Source of the DNA: Octopus sinensis
Lineage: Eukaryota
Direction of reading: 5' to 3'
Assembly: GCF_006345805.1 (NCBI RefSeq)
Contig: NC_043013.1
Location: 44,950,001 to 45,014,000 of the forward strand
Length of the DNA stretch: 64,000 bases
Made by a program: the position numbers and the translations under genes. Positions within the stretch are counted from its first letter, which is position 1, and the number at the start of each line of letters is the position of its first letter. Shown here piece after piece: positions 51,917 to 64,000 of the stretch. Under the pieces are notes generated by a model, which had not been told where the DNA came from, made no database searches, and worked only from the letters and a program-made list of their open reading frames with translations.

Positions 51917-52560
51917 CTAACAATCGAAAATGTATAAAATGTTAACGAACTCAAAGAAATGCCAGGATACTCATGGAATACAAAAACTACAAATACTGGA
52001 ACAAATTTTACTTCCAGATAGTCGAGGCGATATTTTCTTCTCTCACTCTGAGTATATGCTTGCATGCATGCATGTGTGTATGTATCTATGTATGTATGCT
52101 TGTATGTACAGACATTGCATGTCAGCATCAAAGGAAGATCCTGCCTCAGTAAAACTGGACTCAAGAGTCATCTTCGTAGTCATAAAGTGAGACAGATGAG
52201 TGACAACCCGGCCACTGGTGGTGTGTAACACACCATACTAATCTTATCTGCCAGGCATGTGGAAGAGAGTGTAATTCGGCAGGAGGACTTAAACGACATG
52301 CAAAGGTACATGAAGCCCAGTTACAACTACAGCCGGCTATTACCAGTAAAGGTTTTAGTTGCCAATTTTGTACAAGACATTGTAGATCTTTAGCTGGGCT
52401 AAAAAGTCACATTCGATCACAGCACCAGTAACAGTTAAGCTTCGTGCAATGGCCATACTCGATAACGAGGGGGCAGCCATAATGCTTGTATGTATACTTG
52501 TTTGCCTGCCTCTTCTATATTTTAACTATTATTATGTATATATGCTTGTAGGTATGTATT

Positions 52561-53127
52561 TATTGGGTTGTCCGGAAAGTTCATGCCGATTTATAGTAGC
52601 TTACCATTCGACTTATTTTAGAACATGGTTGAGTCATAAAATAGGATTTGACTACAACTCCATTTAGAGCACAATTTAAGCTATCTTTTCATTGAAGAAG
52701 GTTTATGTTCCTATAACCTATCTTAATTCTGTAACCCTTTAAAATGGAAGATAAGAAAGTTCATTTTTGGCACTCGATGCTTTGGGAAGCAAACAAAATT
52801 TGCTGCAGCTCGGCTGGGATGTGTTACCCCACCCTCCATATCACAAGATATTGCTCCTTCAGATTTTCCTTATTCAGATCTCTGCAGAATAGTCTTAATG
52901 GTAAAAATTTCAATTCTTTGGATGACGTAAAAAGATACCTTGATGAATTCTTTGCCATGAAACCACCTCATTTCTGGGAAGAGGGTATTTTCAAGTTAAA
53001 GGAAAGATGGAGATGCATTGTGCAATAAAATGGTTCATATTTGGTTGATTAAAAATGTAATGGCAAGTATTTATTGACCTTTTTCTTTCCTTTAAAAATC
53101 GGCACGAACTTTCCGGACAACCCAATA
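52561..53127 (+). mobile_element. Internally deleted mariner element, copy 2 (COQ7 intron)
   Basis: Same TIRs, TA ends and deletion breakpoint as the copy at 42416-42990; more decayed. Confidence 0.92.
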
Positions 53128-53236
53128 TCTGTATGTCTGCAACATCATCACCAGCATGTTCCATAATGAAGGTAGGAGTAGCTGGGAAAATTCGATATGG
53201 CGGACAGTAGAAAGTATAGCAAAATAATATAATTAC

Positions 53237-53351
53237 CAAGGACAAATCCAGCAACATTCCAAATAGGTAGTAAAGCTGTGGGTCGAGCCCTGTGTTGGAC
53301 CATCAGTTTTTCAAATGTTTCTCTATGGTATTTCTCTTCCTCCCACATTTC
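53237..53351 (-). CDS. COQ7: COQ7 coding exon 2 (EMWEEEKYHRETFEKLMVQHRARPTALLPIWNVAGFVL)
   Basis: tttag|GAA acceptor, CTT G|gtaatt donor, 115 nt. Contains the first ExxH ligand motif (EKYH) and the RPT-L-P-W motif. Confidence 0.97.
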
Positions 53352-53857
53352 CTAAATGCAAAATAGCAAAAAAAAAAAAAAATTATTAGCACAAAACTGC
53401 AGATTTACAGAAGACAAAGAGAGTTTAGAGCAGTGCCTCTCACCCATTTTTTGCCTATGGACCCCTTTGATTCCTGTTTTACACAGATGTACCCTCCAAG
53501 CCATTCAATGCTTAAAAAAATCCTATTACATTTCTATAATTAGAACATAAATTGTGACTAAGGTTTGGTGGAAGATTTTAATTCAGAACTTTTGAAAACA
53601 AGACATTTGTACTACAGAGCCAGAACCGGTTTCAGCTGAGTTGGTAACAAAAGGGTTAAGAAGTGAACAGAAAAGAATGGTTTGCAGAAGCACATAGAAT
53701 ACATGCAGCTGGCCTGTTTGTTAGGAAGGGTGAAGATCATTTGAAAGTTCTTGGATGGCTGAGGTCACAAATGGTGACTTGTTATCCAAGAATAAACTCA
53801 CCTTAAATTCCATCATAAGGGTTAGACACAAAAAGTTTTGAAATAAACAACAATAAC

Positions 53858-53888
<31 letters not shown>

Positions 53889-53930
53889 GACAAATATAAC
53901 AAAAGTAAACATTAAACTTTGGTGATTTAC

Positions 53931-54134
53931 CTTAATGAGAGAGCCAACTGGGGTTTTCTTAAGGACAGCGTATTGTCCTGCATAGATTCTGTCAGCTCCG
54001 AGTTCACCGGCATGATCCACACGGATTATTCGATCCACCAAGTTTTTCTGACATGAAGACATTAACCGCAGATGGGCTCCAATCAGTTGCAGATTCTGAG
54101 CTGAAGCCAGTCTGTTAGAGAACACTCGGTACAT
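53931..54134 (-). CDS. COQ7: COQ7 coding exon 1: predicted mitochondrial presequence plus first di-iron helix (MYRVFSNRLA...DRIIRVDHAGELGADRIYAGQYAVLKKTPVGSLIK)
   Basis: ATG in GTCACCATG context. Translation matches the COQ7 signature DRIIRVDHAGE-G-A--IY-GQ-AVL. Ends AAG|gtaaat, phase 0, 204 nt. Confidence 0.96.
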
Positions 54135-54181
54135 GGTGACGTTTTAGTAAATTGATGTCTTCACTTATGTGTAAAATCTAC
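54135..54181 (-). other. COQ7: 5' UTR part of the first COQ7 coding exon; implies an upstream non-coding exon
   Basis: ttgtttcag| acceptor at 54183-54182, 47 nt upstream of the ATG. The upstream exon was not located. Confidence 0.6.
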
Positions 54182-54861
54182 CTGAAACAAAGAATTAAAC
54201 TACAATGACAATGAACTTCCTATTACCACCATGACCACCACTTCTACAGAGGACAGAATCTTCTGTGCTCTCTATATCTTGATGGTTCATCCACATTACT
54301 CTGTAAAGAGTATAGAGCCAGTTTAACCAATTTCTCTGGTGTATATATTACTCCTTGGACAGGATATCAGTCCATCACAGAATTACTCATTTTTACTTGT
54401 TAAGTGGTCTGGAGAACATGAAATGAAGTGATTTGTTCAAGAACTTAACACATCAGCCAATCCACGAATCGAAACCATAATCTTACTATCATTAGTCCAA
54501 CACCTTAACCACTAACCCATGCATCTTCACCTATATTTGTGGGCTTGCATGTCTATGTTTGTGCGAGTGCATAGAAAAGAGTCCGTGTGGATGTACGCTG
54601 GGTTTGAATGTTCGTGTTTTTGTTGAAAATGTAACCTTTGTTTGCAGTAGAAGACTGTTGCCCCATCAGCAAGAGGAAGCTAGGAGCCTTTAGAAATCTT
54701 TCTTCCTCCCCTGCAGAGTGATGCCATTTTGATGTCATCCTTACTGCCACCATCACCACCACCATCACTAGCAGGAGTGAACCACTGTTGGCTGAGTCAT
54801 CAAGGTTCTGGGCTATGATTTTAAAAGTTTATGATTTCTGTCCCATTGCTTTTACTATAAC

Positions 54862-55167
54862 TGTTGTTTGTTCCTTCTCGAACCACGCCTGGCTCATAAA
54901 GGCCGATTTCCCGGCTTCCTTGGCATATAGGCTCCCCACCTGGATGGGATGCCGGTCCATCGCAGGTGAGCTGCAAGATGCAGGAGGAAAGAGTGAGAGA
55001 AAGTTGTTGCAAAAGAGTCAGCAGAAGTTCACCATTACATTCTGCCAGAGTTGCGTGGAGCTTAGGTGTTTCGCTCATAAACACACACATCACCTGGTCT
55101 GAGATTCGAACCCGTGATCCCTCGACCGCGAGTCCACTGCTCTAACCACTGAGCCATGTGCCTCCAC
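54862..55167 (-). mobile_element. SINE family C, fuller copy
   Basis: Head GTGGAGGCACATGGCTCAGTGGTTAGAGC...GGTTCGAATC; flanked by tttactata on both sides. Confidence 0.88.
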
Positions 55168-55369
55168 CTTTACTATACTGTGTTCCAGTCCAAACCCATC
55201 CAATTATTAATTGCACAGTCCTCATAGTCACCAATTGGTGCAATAGCCCCACCTCAACCCCTCTCCTGCAGACAGTGGACACAAGACTATATTAACGAAT
55301 GTATTCTTTTATAGGGCATGATTTGAAGAAAATGTGACTGCTACTTCTGATAGGTCAAGCAACTATGTA

Positions 55370-55960
55370 GAGCAGGAGTTTTCAACTATCTTTTATTTAT
55401 GGACCCCTTTGATTATTATTTTATTCTGGTGGACCCATAGTCATTCAATGTCTAAAAACTAGTTGTATACTTCTTTCAAAATTCCTATTTTGTTTTTCAC
55501 ACACTCCCTTGTGTAGATTGAACGATGTAAAATGTTAGAGAAAGAAACCTTGTCATATCTTGCAATACATACTAATATATACATTTAAAGCAACATTTTT
55601 CAGAGGGCCTTAAAATACCTATTTCTTTATTACCCACAAGGGGCTAAACACAGAGGGGACAAACAAGGACAGACATAGGTATTAAGTCGATTACATCGAC
55701 CCCAGTGCGTAACTGGTACTTAATTTATCGACCCCAAAAGGATGAAAGGCAAAGTTGACCTCGGCGGAATTTGAACTCACAACGTAACGCAGACGAAATA
55801 CCGCTAAGCATTTCGCCCAGCGTGCTAATGTTTCTGCCAGCTCGCCGCCTTAAAATACCATTGTGGATCCTAGTTTACTATTTTGCTGCTTGGACACCTA
55901 AAAATCTTATATGAACCCTCAGGGTGGGTCTATATGGATCTCTATTGAGAATCACTGAAG
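55370..55960. mobile_element. hAT-like MITE carrying a nested SINE
   Basis: Ends CAGGAGTTTTCAAC / TTGAGAATCACTG resemble Charlie-type TIRs. No TSD confirmed. Confidence 0.45.
55620..55846 (-). mobile_element. SINE family A, young copy
   Basis: 13-bp TSD gccttaaaatacc (55607-55619, 55847-55859). Confidence 0.92.
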
Positions 55961-55999
55961 AGGCTCTTTCACTAGCCCGACAAGTATTTTGTTAGTCCT

Positions 56000-56520
56000 T
56001 TTGTCATCGTCATCATGGCTATTCCTCAAGGCTGAGGATGATAGTCCTTTTTTTCTATATCAATGATGGTGACTGACAAGTCCAATTCTTCCTCGGAAGC
56101 TCCTTCAACAAGTGGGACAGGTGGTTCCGGATGGAAAATCTCTTCTTGGTGCCTCTATCTTCTCTGTGCCTCTTCTTTTTCTTCTTGCTCAGCAGTCCTA
56201 CTGGTCTCAAAAGTTGTTACTCACCTCTTTGATGATGGATCTCTAGCATTCTTGATTCTGACCATTTCTCCCCCAGTTCTCAGAGTCAATATCAATTTCT
56301 TGGAGTTGGCTTTCAGAACATCTTTGAATCTTTTCTTTTACCCTCTACTTTTTCGTTTTCCTTCTTTTAACTGGGAGTAGAGAAACTGCTTAGTAAGTGG
56401 TTGTTTTTTATCTGGACAACGTGACCAGCCCATCTCAGGCAGGTCTGGATAATGATAGCGTCAATGGAGATCATGTTGTGTTTCCAGACAAGCCATGAGA
56501 AAGCCCACCTAAGTGTAAAC
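56000..56520 (-). mobile_element. Decayed RTE LINE 3' end
   Basis: YSQLKEGKRKSRG.KKRFKDVLKAS resembles the RTE motif LYGEL..GKR..G.QKKRFKD.LK. Confidence 0.65.
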
Positions 56521-57314
56521 CTTCAAAAAACCAATTCTTCAGTAATGCCTCAGTGATCTAATTGTGTTACTGGAGTACCTATTCTATGCTACCAAACTCC
56601 AGATATTACACACTAAAACATATATTGATTGAATTCACACACAGTGAATGAATGTGGGATACATTCACGACAAATTTCTTGGACTTTTTACCAGAAATCA
56701 TTCAGGCTACATCATTATACAGGTAAGTAAGGTAACGTTCACTTTCATTTCATAAAAAGGTTTTACTTTTCCCTTTCCAATTCTTCATGCTCCACAGATC
56801 TAGTCACTTTCGCCAGATGCCCTCCCTCAAAAGTTTCCAAATGTTGAAGTTGAACTCTCGATTGATGGTCTAGCCCTGGGGGACAAATTCTCACTGTACA
56901 ATACATTTCCAGGGGTGATGCTTGCGGCAGGTCTTCCAGAGGTGTCTTCTGCTTCTGAAATGCCCATACCACTCAAAAAACATTGTGTATGGCCCATTGC
57001 CTAATCACCGTAAGCTAGCTGCAGCATGTTCAATGTTTCTGTAGCAGACTTCCCAAGTTTTATGAAACATTTCTCGTTGGCTCCTTGTTCCTGTTCATGA
57101 CAAAATCACAGACTACAGCATACACGCGATCACAAAAACACAAATTTCACAACTTGCGAAGTGAATACAGCAATGTCACTCGGCACACTGCCTCACGAAG
57201 GTCACTAACTCTCACTGCGTACGCAACCGTGTGCTACCATCTGTTGGCGCGCTACAGAACTAGTCCGGGAACTTTTTGATACCATCTCGTAAATGGGACA
57301 AATACTACCCCTAA

Positions 57315-57943
57315 TCATCATCATTGTTCGACCGTGGTTGAGACAATGGAATTTACTATGTTACGCCAGACTTCACGGTCCATCATAGCATTACGGAGGT
57401 CCTGTTGCTGGATGCCTGTATCCCTGGAGATTACATCAGGGTAGGAGAGTGTGCACCCTCTGGTATTGCGAGTAGATGGCTTCCAGAGAAGAAGAGTAGA
57501 AATTACTTCTTTTTCAGCTCTACAACAATGTCCAGCAAACTGGATTCTCCTACCTTTCACAAGAGATGACACAGGTGGTAGTTTCCCATATATTTGCATT
57601 TTGGTTGGATGGCGCCTCCACGAGAGATTTTGAGCTCTCATAAGGAGGCGAGTGTAGGTTCCATCCAACCGCCTCTCAAACTTCTTTGATAACGTCCAGG
57701 TTTCTGAGCCATATAGTAGAAACTGAATACATAAACTGAATACATAAACAAGTGCCTGTCCAACAGTGATTGCATCATCCATACTCTCAACAGTGCACCT
57801 TTAAATATGGTTTCTGATTACAAATATCTTGGGTCATACATATCATCATCTGGAAAAGACTTTCTAACTAGAAAGGGTATGGCCTGGTCAGCCTGTAATG
57901 ACATGCATAAGATCTGGTCATCAAATCTAAGTACAGACTTCAA
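57315..57943 (-). mobile_element. RTE-clade LINE 3' fragment with an inverted 5' segment
   Basis: Minus part 57315-57719 encodes LLYGSETWTL...QFAGHC...DREVWR and ends in (TGA)n. The + strand part 57720-57943 encodes the upstream KTEYI...YKYLGSYI...KIWSS. TSD actacccctaa at 57304-57314 and 57944-57954. Confidence 0.9.
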
Positions 57944-59803
57944 ACTACCCCTAAAGCTATACTTTTAATCCGGAATGTACATGTTGAAAATAACCCGACA
58001 TAATATAAAAATGCTATTGAAAATATTTTTAAAAATCGACCCAAAAGGGAGATAGCCACTACGTGGTTTATCGACCCGTTAAAAATAGCAGGCAAATATC
58101 ACTCAATTCGCGCCCTACTATATTAAGAAGTGTTTAATTAGACGATGTACTTTGTGCCACGTCTTCGTCCTCGCAGAATCGAATCCGTGACAATCCATTG
58201 TTTAAAATGCTTCACATATAAAGCCAAAGTTTTACAAAAAAAGAAATTAATGTCAGAGCGCCTATAAATCTGAAAATAAGAAATTGTTACATAAGTAGCG
58301 TTTCAGAAACCGTTACATAAGACATGCTGCTTAAAATGTTATGAGACATGTTGCTGAAGTTTCTGTTTTAATTCCTGTTATAATTGCTTCTCTTTCATAA
58401 CCAGTAGTCTTACAAAATTCATGAATGTCTCAGAATCCCATTTAAACATTTTCTCTATGACTTACAACTAAAAGAAAAATCAAGTATTGCTATATTTAAC
58501 CTAACTTATAACTTATAAATAAAAAATAAATGGCTTATAATGAAAGTTTTATTTATTTATATATATATATATATACTCATGGAATATCAGGTTTAGAGAG
58601 GACAGGAACGAGACACTATGAGGTCATTTTGAAGGGTATCACCGGTGGAAATTAGATGAAATGGCTTCAACCGGGAATCGAAACCTGGGCGAAGGTAAAG
58701 AATACGGGTGGTGTGCCTATTCTTTACTTCCGCAGAAACCTGTTCGTAATTTTCTTCCACGAAAGTTTATCTATCCTCTATGGCAATCACTTCCAACACA
58801 ATATATTCTTAGACACAAGACTACACATTGAAGAAGAAGCAGAACGTGTGATGTTCATGCTTTTCATTTGCACAGGTTCAAACAGATCGCAGGTTTATTT
58901 CTATGATAATCCGTGCGTAAGAAAGATTTTTCGTTCTTATATAGTACAAAGCAATTGAAGAATAGCTTTCAACCAGTTAAGAAACATGCATCAACCTAAG
59001 ACAATAGAAATAAATACCTTTTTCTATGTTTACAGTTTCGTTAAGCACTAAACGTCTGCCATGCCGGTTTGTAAACCAGCCTTCGATTCGTACAATTCAC
59101 AACATCATTTAATATCTTTTCGAAAATTCTCGTTCGTAATAAGAATTTAAAATATTTTATATCGTAAATATTTATTATTAAATAATAATTACTTATTAAC
59201 TTGTTAATATAAAAATAGGGTACATTTACAATTTTTCAGTTTATAAAAATCTACGGCTTAAGATAACGGTTTCAAATATGTAACCATAACTCTCGTCTGC
59301 TAAATCACGTAGACTTTTGTATCAAGTCCCTTCCTTAGAAAGGAAACGATCGCTTATAAGGCTACAACTGAGATCTGATTTCAGTTCCCGGTTCCTTGCT
59401 ATTGTATTTTGCTTACACTGTAAATGGGAAAGTCGTGACCGTCAAGCAATCTCGACATCCTATATTATAGTGAGTTCCTTTATTAATGAGGCGACGAGTG
59501 AATTGTTGAAAAAAAAAGTGACATGAAAATTATATGGTACCGGAAAAAAATATCCGGGAAGCTTGGGACGGAAGTATTCTGGATTTCTGGGTTTTCCGGT
59601 TTTCTGGAGACAATCTAACTACAATCTTAAAACATAAAATAAACCATGAAAAATAAAGAGCTAAACAACATTTAACAGATTCAAATTAATACACTTCTGA
59701 AGCAGTGTCTAGTTGGCATTTATTAATTCACTTGAATATTTTTTTTAACGTATCATACTGTACTACGTATACAGCATAAAGCTTATATGATGAAAGGCTT
59801 ACT

Positions 59804-60517
59804 TACACAAGTGCCCCCCCCCCCTGACTTTGTTTCCTCATAACTTCCAGAAAAATGGATGTTTTTAATGGAATTTTCTACAAATACGCTTCAGATAGTG
59901 TAGATTCCGATTATATCGAAATTCATGGGGAACAAATTTTCCGAGAGTGAGGTGATGAATTTCGGAAAATTCTCACGACTTGGCTTCGTTTCCTCATGTC
60001 TTTCAGAAAAATAGGTATTCTTTGGTGACAGTTTCAACAAATACCTTTCAGAGTGTGTAGATTACGATAATATAGTTATTTAATATAAAAAAGAAAATTA
60101 GTTGACCCGTACACATGCATACTGACACACATCAATTTTTTTTCTTTTCACCGAAATTTCAAGTTTCATTTTCTAGATACAGATGTGTAAGCATGTATGT
60201 GTACGAATCCACCAATTTCTTTCATGTTAAATTCCGATATGATCGTCATGTATTCACTCTGAAATGAATTTTTTTTTTACAAAATTTCATTAAAAATTAC
60301 GCATTTTTCTGAAAGATATGAGGAAACAAAGCCGAGTCGTGTGAATTTTCGGAAACTCTTCGCCGTATCCCCGGAAAAGTTTTTTTTTTTTCACCATAAA
60401 TTTCGATATAGTCGGGATCTACACTGAAGTGTGTTTGCAGAAAATTTCGTTAAAAAAATATACATTTTTCTGGAAGTTATGAGGGAAAAAATCGATGGTG
60501 GGGGGCACACTTGTGTA
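59804..60517. mobile_element. Foldback-type element with long modular TIRs (TACACAAGTG...CACTTGTGTA)
   Basis: Arms of about 270 bp built from roughly 120-bp subrepeats; related fragments at about 11690-11900 and 12325-12410. Confidence 0.7.
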
Positions 60518-61639
60518 GGTATGCTGGATGAAAATTGAAGGAATTTAAAAAGTAATTTTCTATACCAACTCCTCACAATGTATACCCATTGTACCCAGCT
60601 GTGAGTCGCTAATATGTGTGTATTAAGTTTTAATTGCTTTGGAATCGCCCTCAGAATTTTTTTTGTTTATTAGAATTAATCATTACGCTAATTTCTGGGT
60701 TTACTACAGTATGTCATCGTCTACTTTTGTATGTGAGTGTTTTTAAACACTCAAGAAGTCTTAATAACGGAGTAAAACTTATTAAAACAAGACGAAATTT
60801 CGATATGTTTGTTTTGGGTTGGTATGTCTCAAATTTTATGCTTGCAAAAATGTTATACCAGGAGTGTTATCCATTTCCGATGCAGGCCATTTCATACTGA
60901 ACTAATCGACATTATTAATGTTTATTTTAAACAGATTTAAGTCGATGTCTCCAAACAAAACCATAGGTTTCAGTTCTAGGAAAGAATGATAGGAAAAGGT
61001 GTATAATGTATAGGACACGGGAAACGAGATACACGGTAAAGTTGATGGGCAGTAAGCCTAAATAGAAACAGTTAATTCAAAGAAGCGGTAGCTGCAATAG
61101 TAGCGTGAGAAGACAAACTTAGAGAAAACAGCGCTTTTGCGGATAAGTAGCGTGATGGTTTCCCAATCAACCGAGTAACTTGTCGTTTAGAATGTTTGAT
61201 TATGAAGCAGCACCTTCCCAGATATGTGAGAGTGATGGGTACTTCAATATAGGTCGTCGCTCTTTGTGAAAAATTAATAATTGCTCGGGTATGTTCACGC
61301 CAAAAAAGATATTCCTAAGCCCCGGGTAGTTCTCAAACTCGATTTTAAAAAACGCCTTTGATTCAATCTTTAACTTGGTAAAAGATCGGGCTCTAGAGTT
61401 CTATCACTTTGCTTGGCAGATTTATCAGGGTCCTCATATCTAGAAGTACGCACTTAATTTGGGCTAGTAATGAACATCATAAAATTATAAGCATGTTATA
61501 GAGGTCACACACTTTTTTAATGTTCCTGTGTTATGTAAGACTCTTAGAAAACTTTAAAGAAATTTATTAAGATAAATACATAAGTTTTACAAAGAGAATC
61601 TACTCTAAAAGTCATAAACAATTCTGTGCTTGTAAAGAG

Positions 61640-62260
61640 GAAACACTATTCAACATGGCCGCCGCATTCTCCTGTGGATCCTTGTGTGAACTGACGAGAC
61701 TTGGCTGAGAGTTTGATATTCCTTAAATAACAAAACTTAATATAACTACCACCACCTGCTAATCTCTAATGCCGTGCACTCTTCAGCAACGAATTCTGCT
61801 TACAGAAGTAGATCTATGTCAATTAATGTTACTGTTAGCCATAAAATATTAAGATGAAGTGAAATGTTTCATATATAACATATAAACATGTACATCTTTT
61901 AGAATATCGTCATTTTATAAGATTTCGCTGGCAAATTTTAAAATTAACATAAAAATTTAATTACATGAAAGAAAATTACCGGAGAACTTTCATCTAATTC
62001 TTCGAAATCATTCTGTTAAAACTGTATTGAAACCATTTGTGGGAATTTTTTTTTCTTTTATCACAGCAACTGTTCGCACACCACAAAGTTTGACAGAACC
62101 TACTGAAGCAAGCCAACACGCTCGCAGCGTTACCAAGAGTGATGGCGAGACTAAGGCGTTGAGAAAGTCAAGCGCCCTCGGAAAATAACTGTATATTCAT
62201 TTAATTTAAGAGTCCGTGTGGATCTGGAAAATCATGATAGGCCGAAAATGTTACCTAATG
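61640..62260. promoter_or_regulatory. Possible promoter region (candidate COQ7 transcription start area)
   Basis: YY1-like CAACATGGCCGCC near 61650 and CpG-richer unique sequence at 62110-62260, upstream of COQ7. Confidence 0.25.
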
Positions 62261-64000
62261 CCTCTTATATAAAAGAAGATAAGAACAAATAGAAACGAAG
62301 AACAGCTAAATGTTAAACCTTTTTGTAGTCTACGAATTAAAGGATATTATTTACTTGTTGGTAGATCTGAAAATTATACTTCCAACCAGGATAATCTTAG
62401 GAAGATTTCAAAATGTCATCTCTCAGATTGATAGTTTTTGCATTGGAATAAATGCCGCAATAAAATTTCCGGATAGTCTCTACAAGATCATAAAAGGGAA
62501 TTCTACCCGACTAATTCGGATACAAATGGTGCCATGATAGCGTACTCGTGACATTCACTTGAATACAGGTGCAAGAGAGGTATAACACAACCCCAACCGG
62601 GAAAAACAACACCATCAATCAAGTTCGTGATGGAAGAAGACAAATGATTGACATTGATCACAGCAAAAACAAGCAGTTTAACACAAGAGACCTAACCATA
62701 GGCAGTGAAAGTGGACCCGAGGGAAGGTTGCAATTTCCCCTGGTCGTCTTGACCAATCAAAGGCCGAATGTAGTTTTGTAGCTTGAGAAGGCAAAAATAA
62801 ATAAATGAATAAAGAATAGTGATCGAGCTTACAGTCAAACAGGAAGGAAAATGCCTTTGAATGGAAGGGCGCCAAGTACCAGAAACTTTTTCATGGAGAA
62901 TAGATGACATACATGGCCATTTCCAGTCGAAATTGACTGTGCAGGATTCCCTGCCCAGTCAGTATAGAGAATACTTACAACCAATGGAATAGCAGGAAGA
63001 AAGAGCAAGACAACTGTATGCAGAATGAGGGTTGGTTATGCCCTGTATGGAAATAAAATTAGACTGTGATTCTAAACTGGATATCTGAGTCAGGTGGTTC
63101 GAATCGAGGTACAAACTGCTAAAAGATGTAATGAAGCTTATAATCTAAATCTATGTGTTCGAAACCAACAGAATCTGTTAATTAATATTGCTTTCAAAGT
63201 TTGGAGTAAGGCCAGCAATTCCAGCGGAGGGGTAAGTTGATTATATCGACCTCGAAGAGATAAAAGGAAAAATCGATCTCGGCGGTATTTGAACCCAGCA
63301 CGTAAAGACAGGCCAAACGCCGCTAAGAAATTTTCCCGGCATACTAACGATTCTACTAGCTCACTGCCTTAATTTGTTCATTAATATTGTTCAGTATTAT
63401 GGGGGTGAGTCAGCAGAATCGTTACTATGCCGGGGAAAATGCTTAGCAGTATTTCTTCTGTCTTCGTGTTCTGAGTTCAAATTCCGCCGAGGTCGAATTT
63501 CCCTTTCAATCTTTCGGGTCGATAAAATAAGTACCAGTTGAGCACTTGGGGGGGGGGTCGATGAAATCCACTTACACCCTCCCCCTAAATCGCTGACCTT
63601 GTACCAAAATTAATATCAATATTGTCCTGTATTCATATGTTGCTAATACTGATTGAGATAATGGAAGATTAAAGTTTGATAGTTTATCTCCATATATTTT
63701 TAGAGAAAAGTCTGTATAAGCAATAAAAATTAATTTAGGAATAGGAGTGATCCTGAATAGTTTCAGGTTATTCTAAACTAGTTCAAGTTTTTCTGAGAGG
63801 GAGACTTATTCATTTACATTTGATAACACTTGTTAAAAACGTCAAACGAACAAACGTTTATATTCCAAACGCATGATATAACAATACTAAGCAAAATTAT
63901 TTATAATCTTACTAACAATAACTCTGAGCACCTTTTCAAACTCCACCTGTCTAACACCCGTGGACATGTTTACAAAGTCAGAAAACAGCACAGCTCCCGT

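Noticed and set aside
53721-53930. C-terminal half of the 137-aa track ORF
   Set aside because: Read-through into COQ7 intron sequence ((TAT)n repeat) after the donor at 53930.
55096-55167. tRNA-like sequence with A and B boxes
   Set aside because: It is the head of a SINE (second copy at 27219 with TSD and AAC tail), not a standalone tRNA gene.
62310-62910. Several 65-75-aa ORFs near the right end
   Set aside because: No recognisable homology or consistent exon boundaries.

Overview
Very AT-rich, repeat-dense animal genomic DNA with long (TA)n/(GATA)n tracts and recurrent SINE, LINE and MITE families. The repeats look to me like those of Octopus-type coleoid cephalopods; this is inference from recall, not a database result. 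One complete protein-coding gene can be assembled by hand: COQ7/clk-1 (demethoxyubiquinone hydroxylase) on the minus strand. It has 6 coding exons (54134-53931, 53351-53237, 51916-51832, 49499-49445, 46145-46077, 44662-44585), all GT-AG introns, consistent phases, 201 aa, and intact di-iron ligands. Weaker signs of other genes are a WD40-like + strand exon near 39.7 kb, a Ser/Pro-rich - strand exon near 21.7 kb, and CpG-rich promoter-like patches near 9.5, 31.5 and 61.7 kb. The rest is transposon-derived: tRNA-SINEs, RTE and CR1-like LINE remnants, a Gypsy integrase piece, and mariner, pogo/Tigger, piggyBac-like, hAT-like and Merlin elements. Most notable observations: (i) a 5'-inverted, twin-priming-like RTE LINE insertion with an 11-bp TSD; (ii) three long fold-back stems just downstream of the COQ7 stop codon, one carrying a hammerhead-like core; (iii) a Merlin transposase relic alongside two MITE families with GG...CC ends and 9-bp TSDs. 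There is no prokaryotic system or CRISPR array. Most ORFs in the supplied track are microsatellite artefacts.
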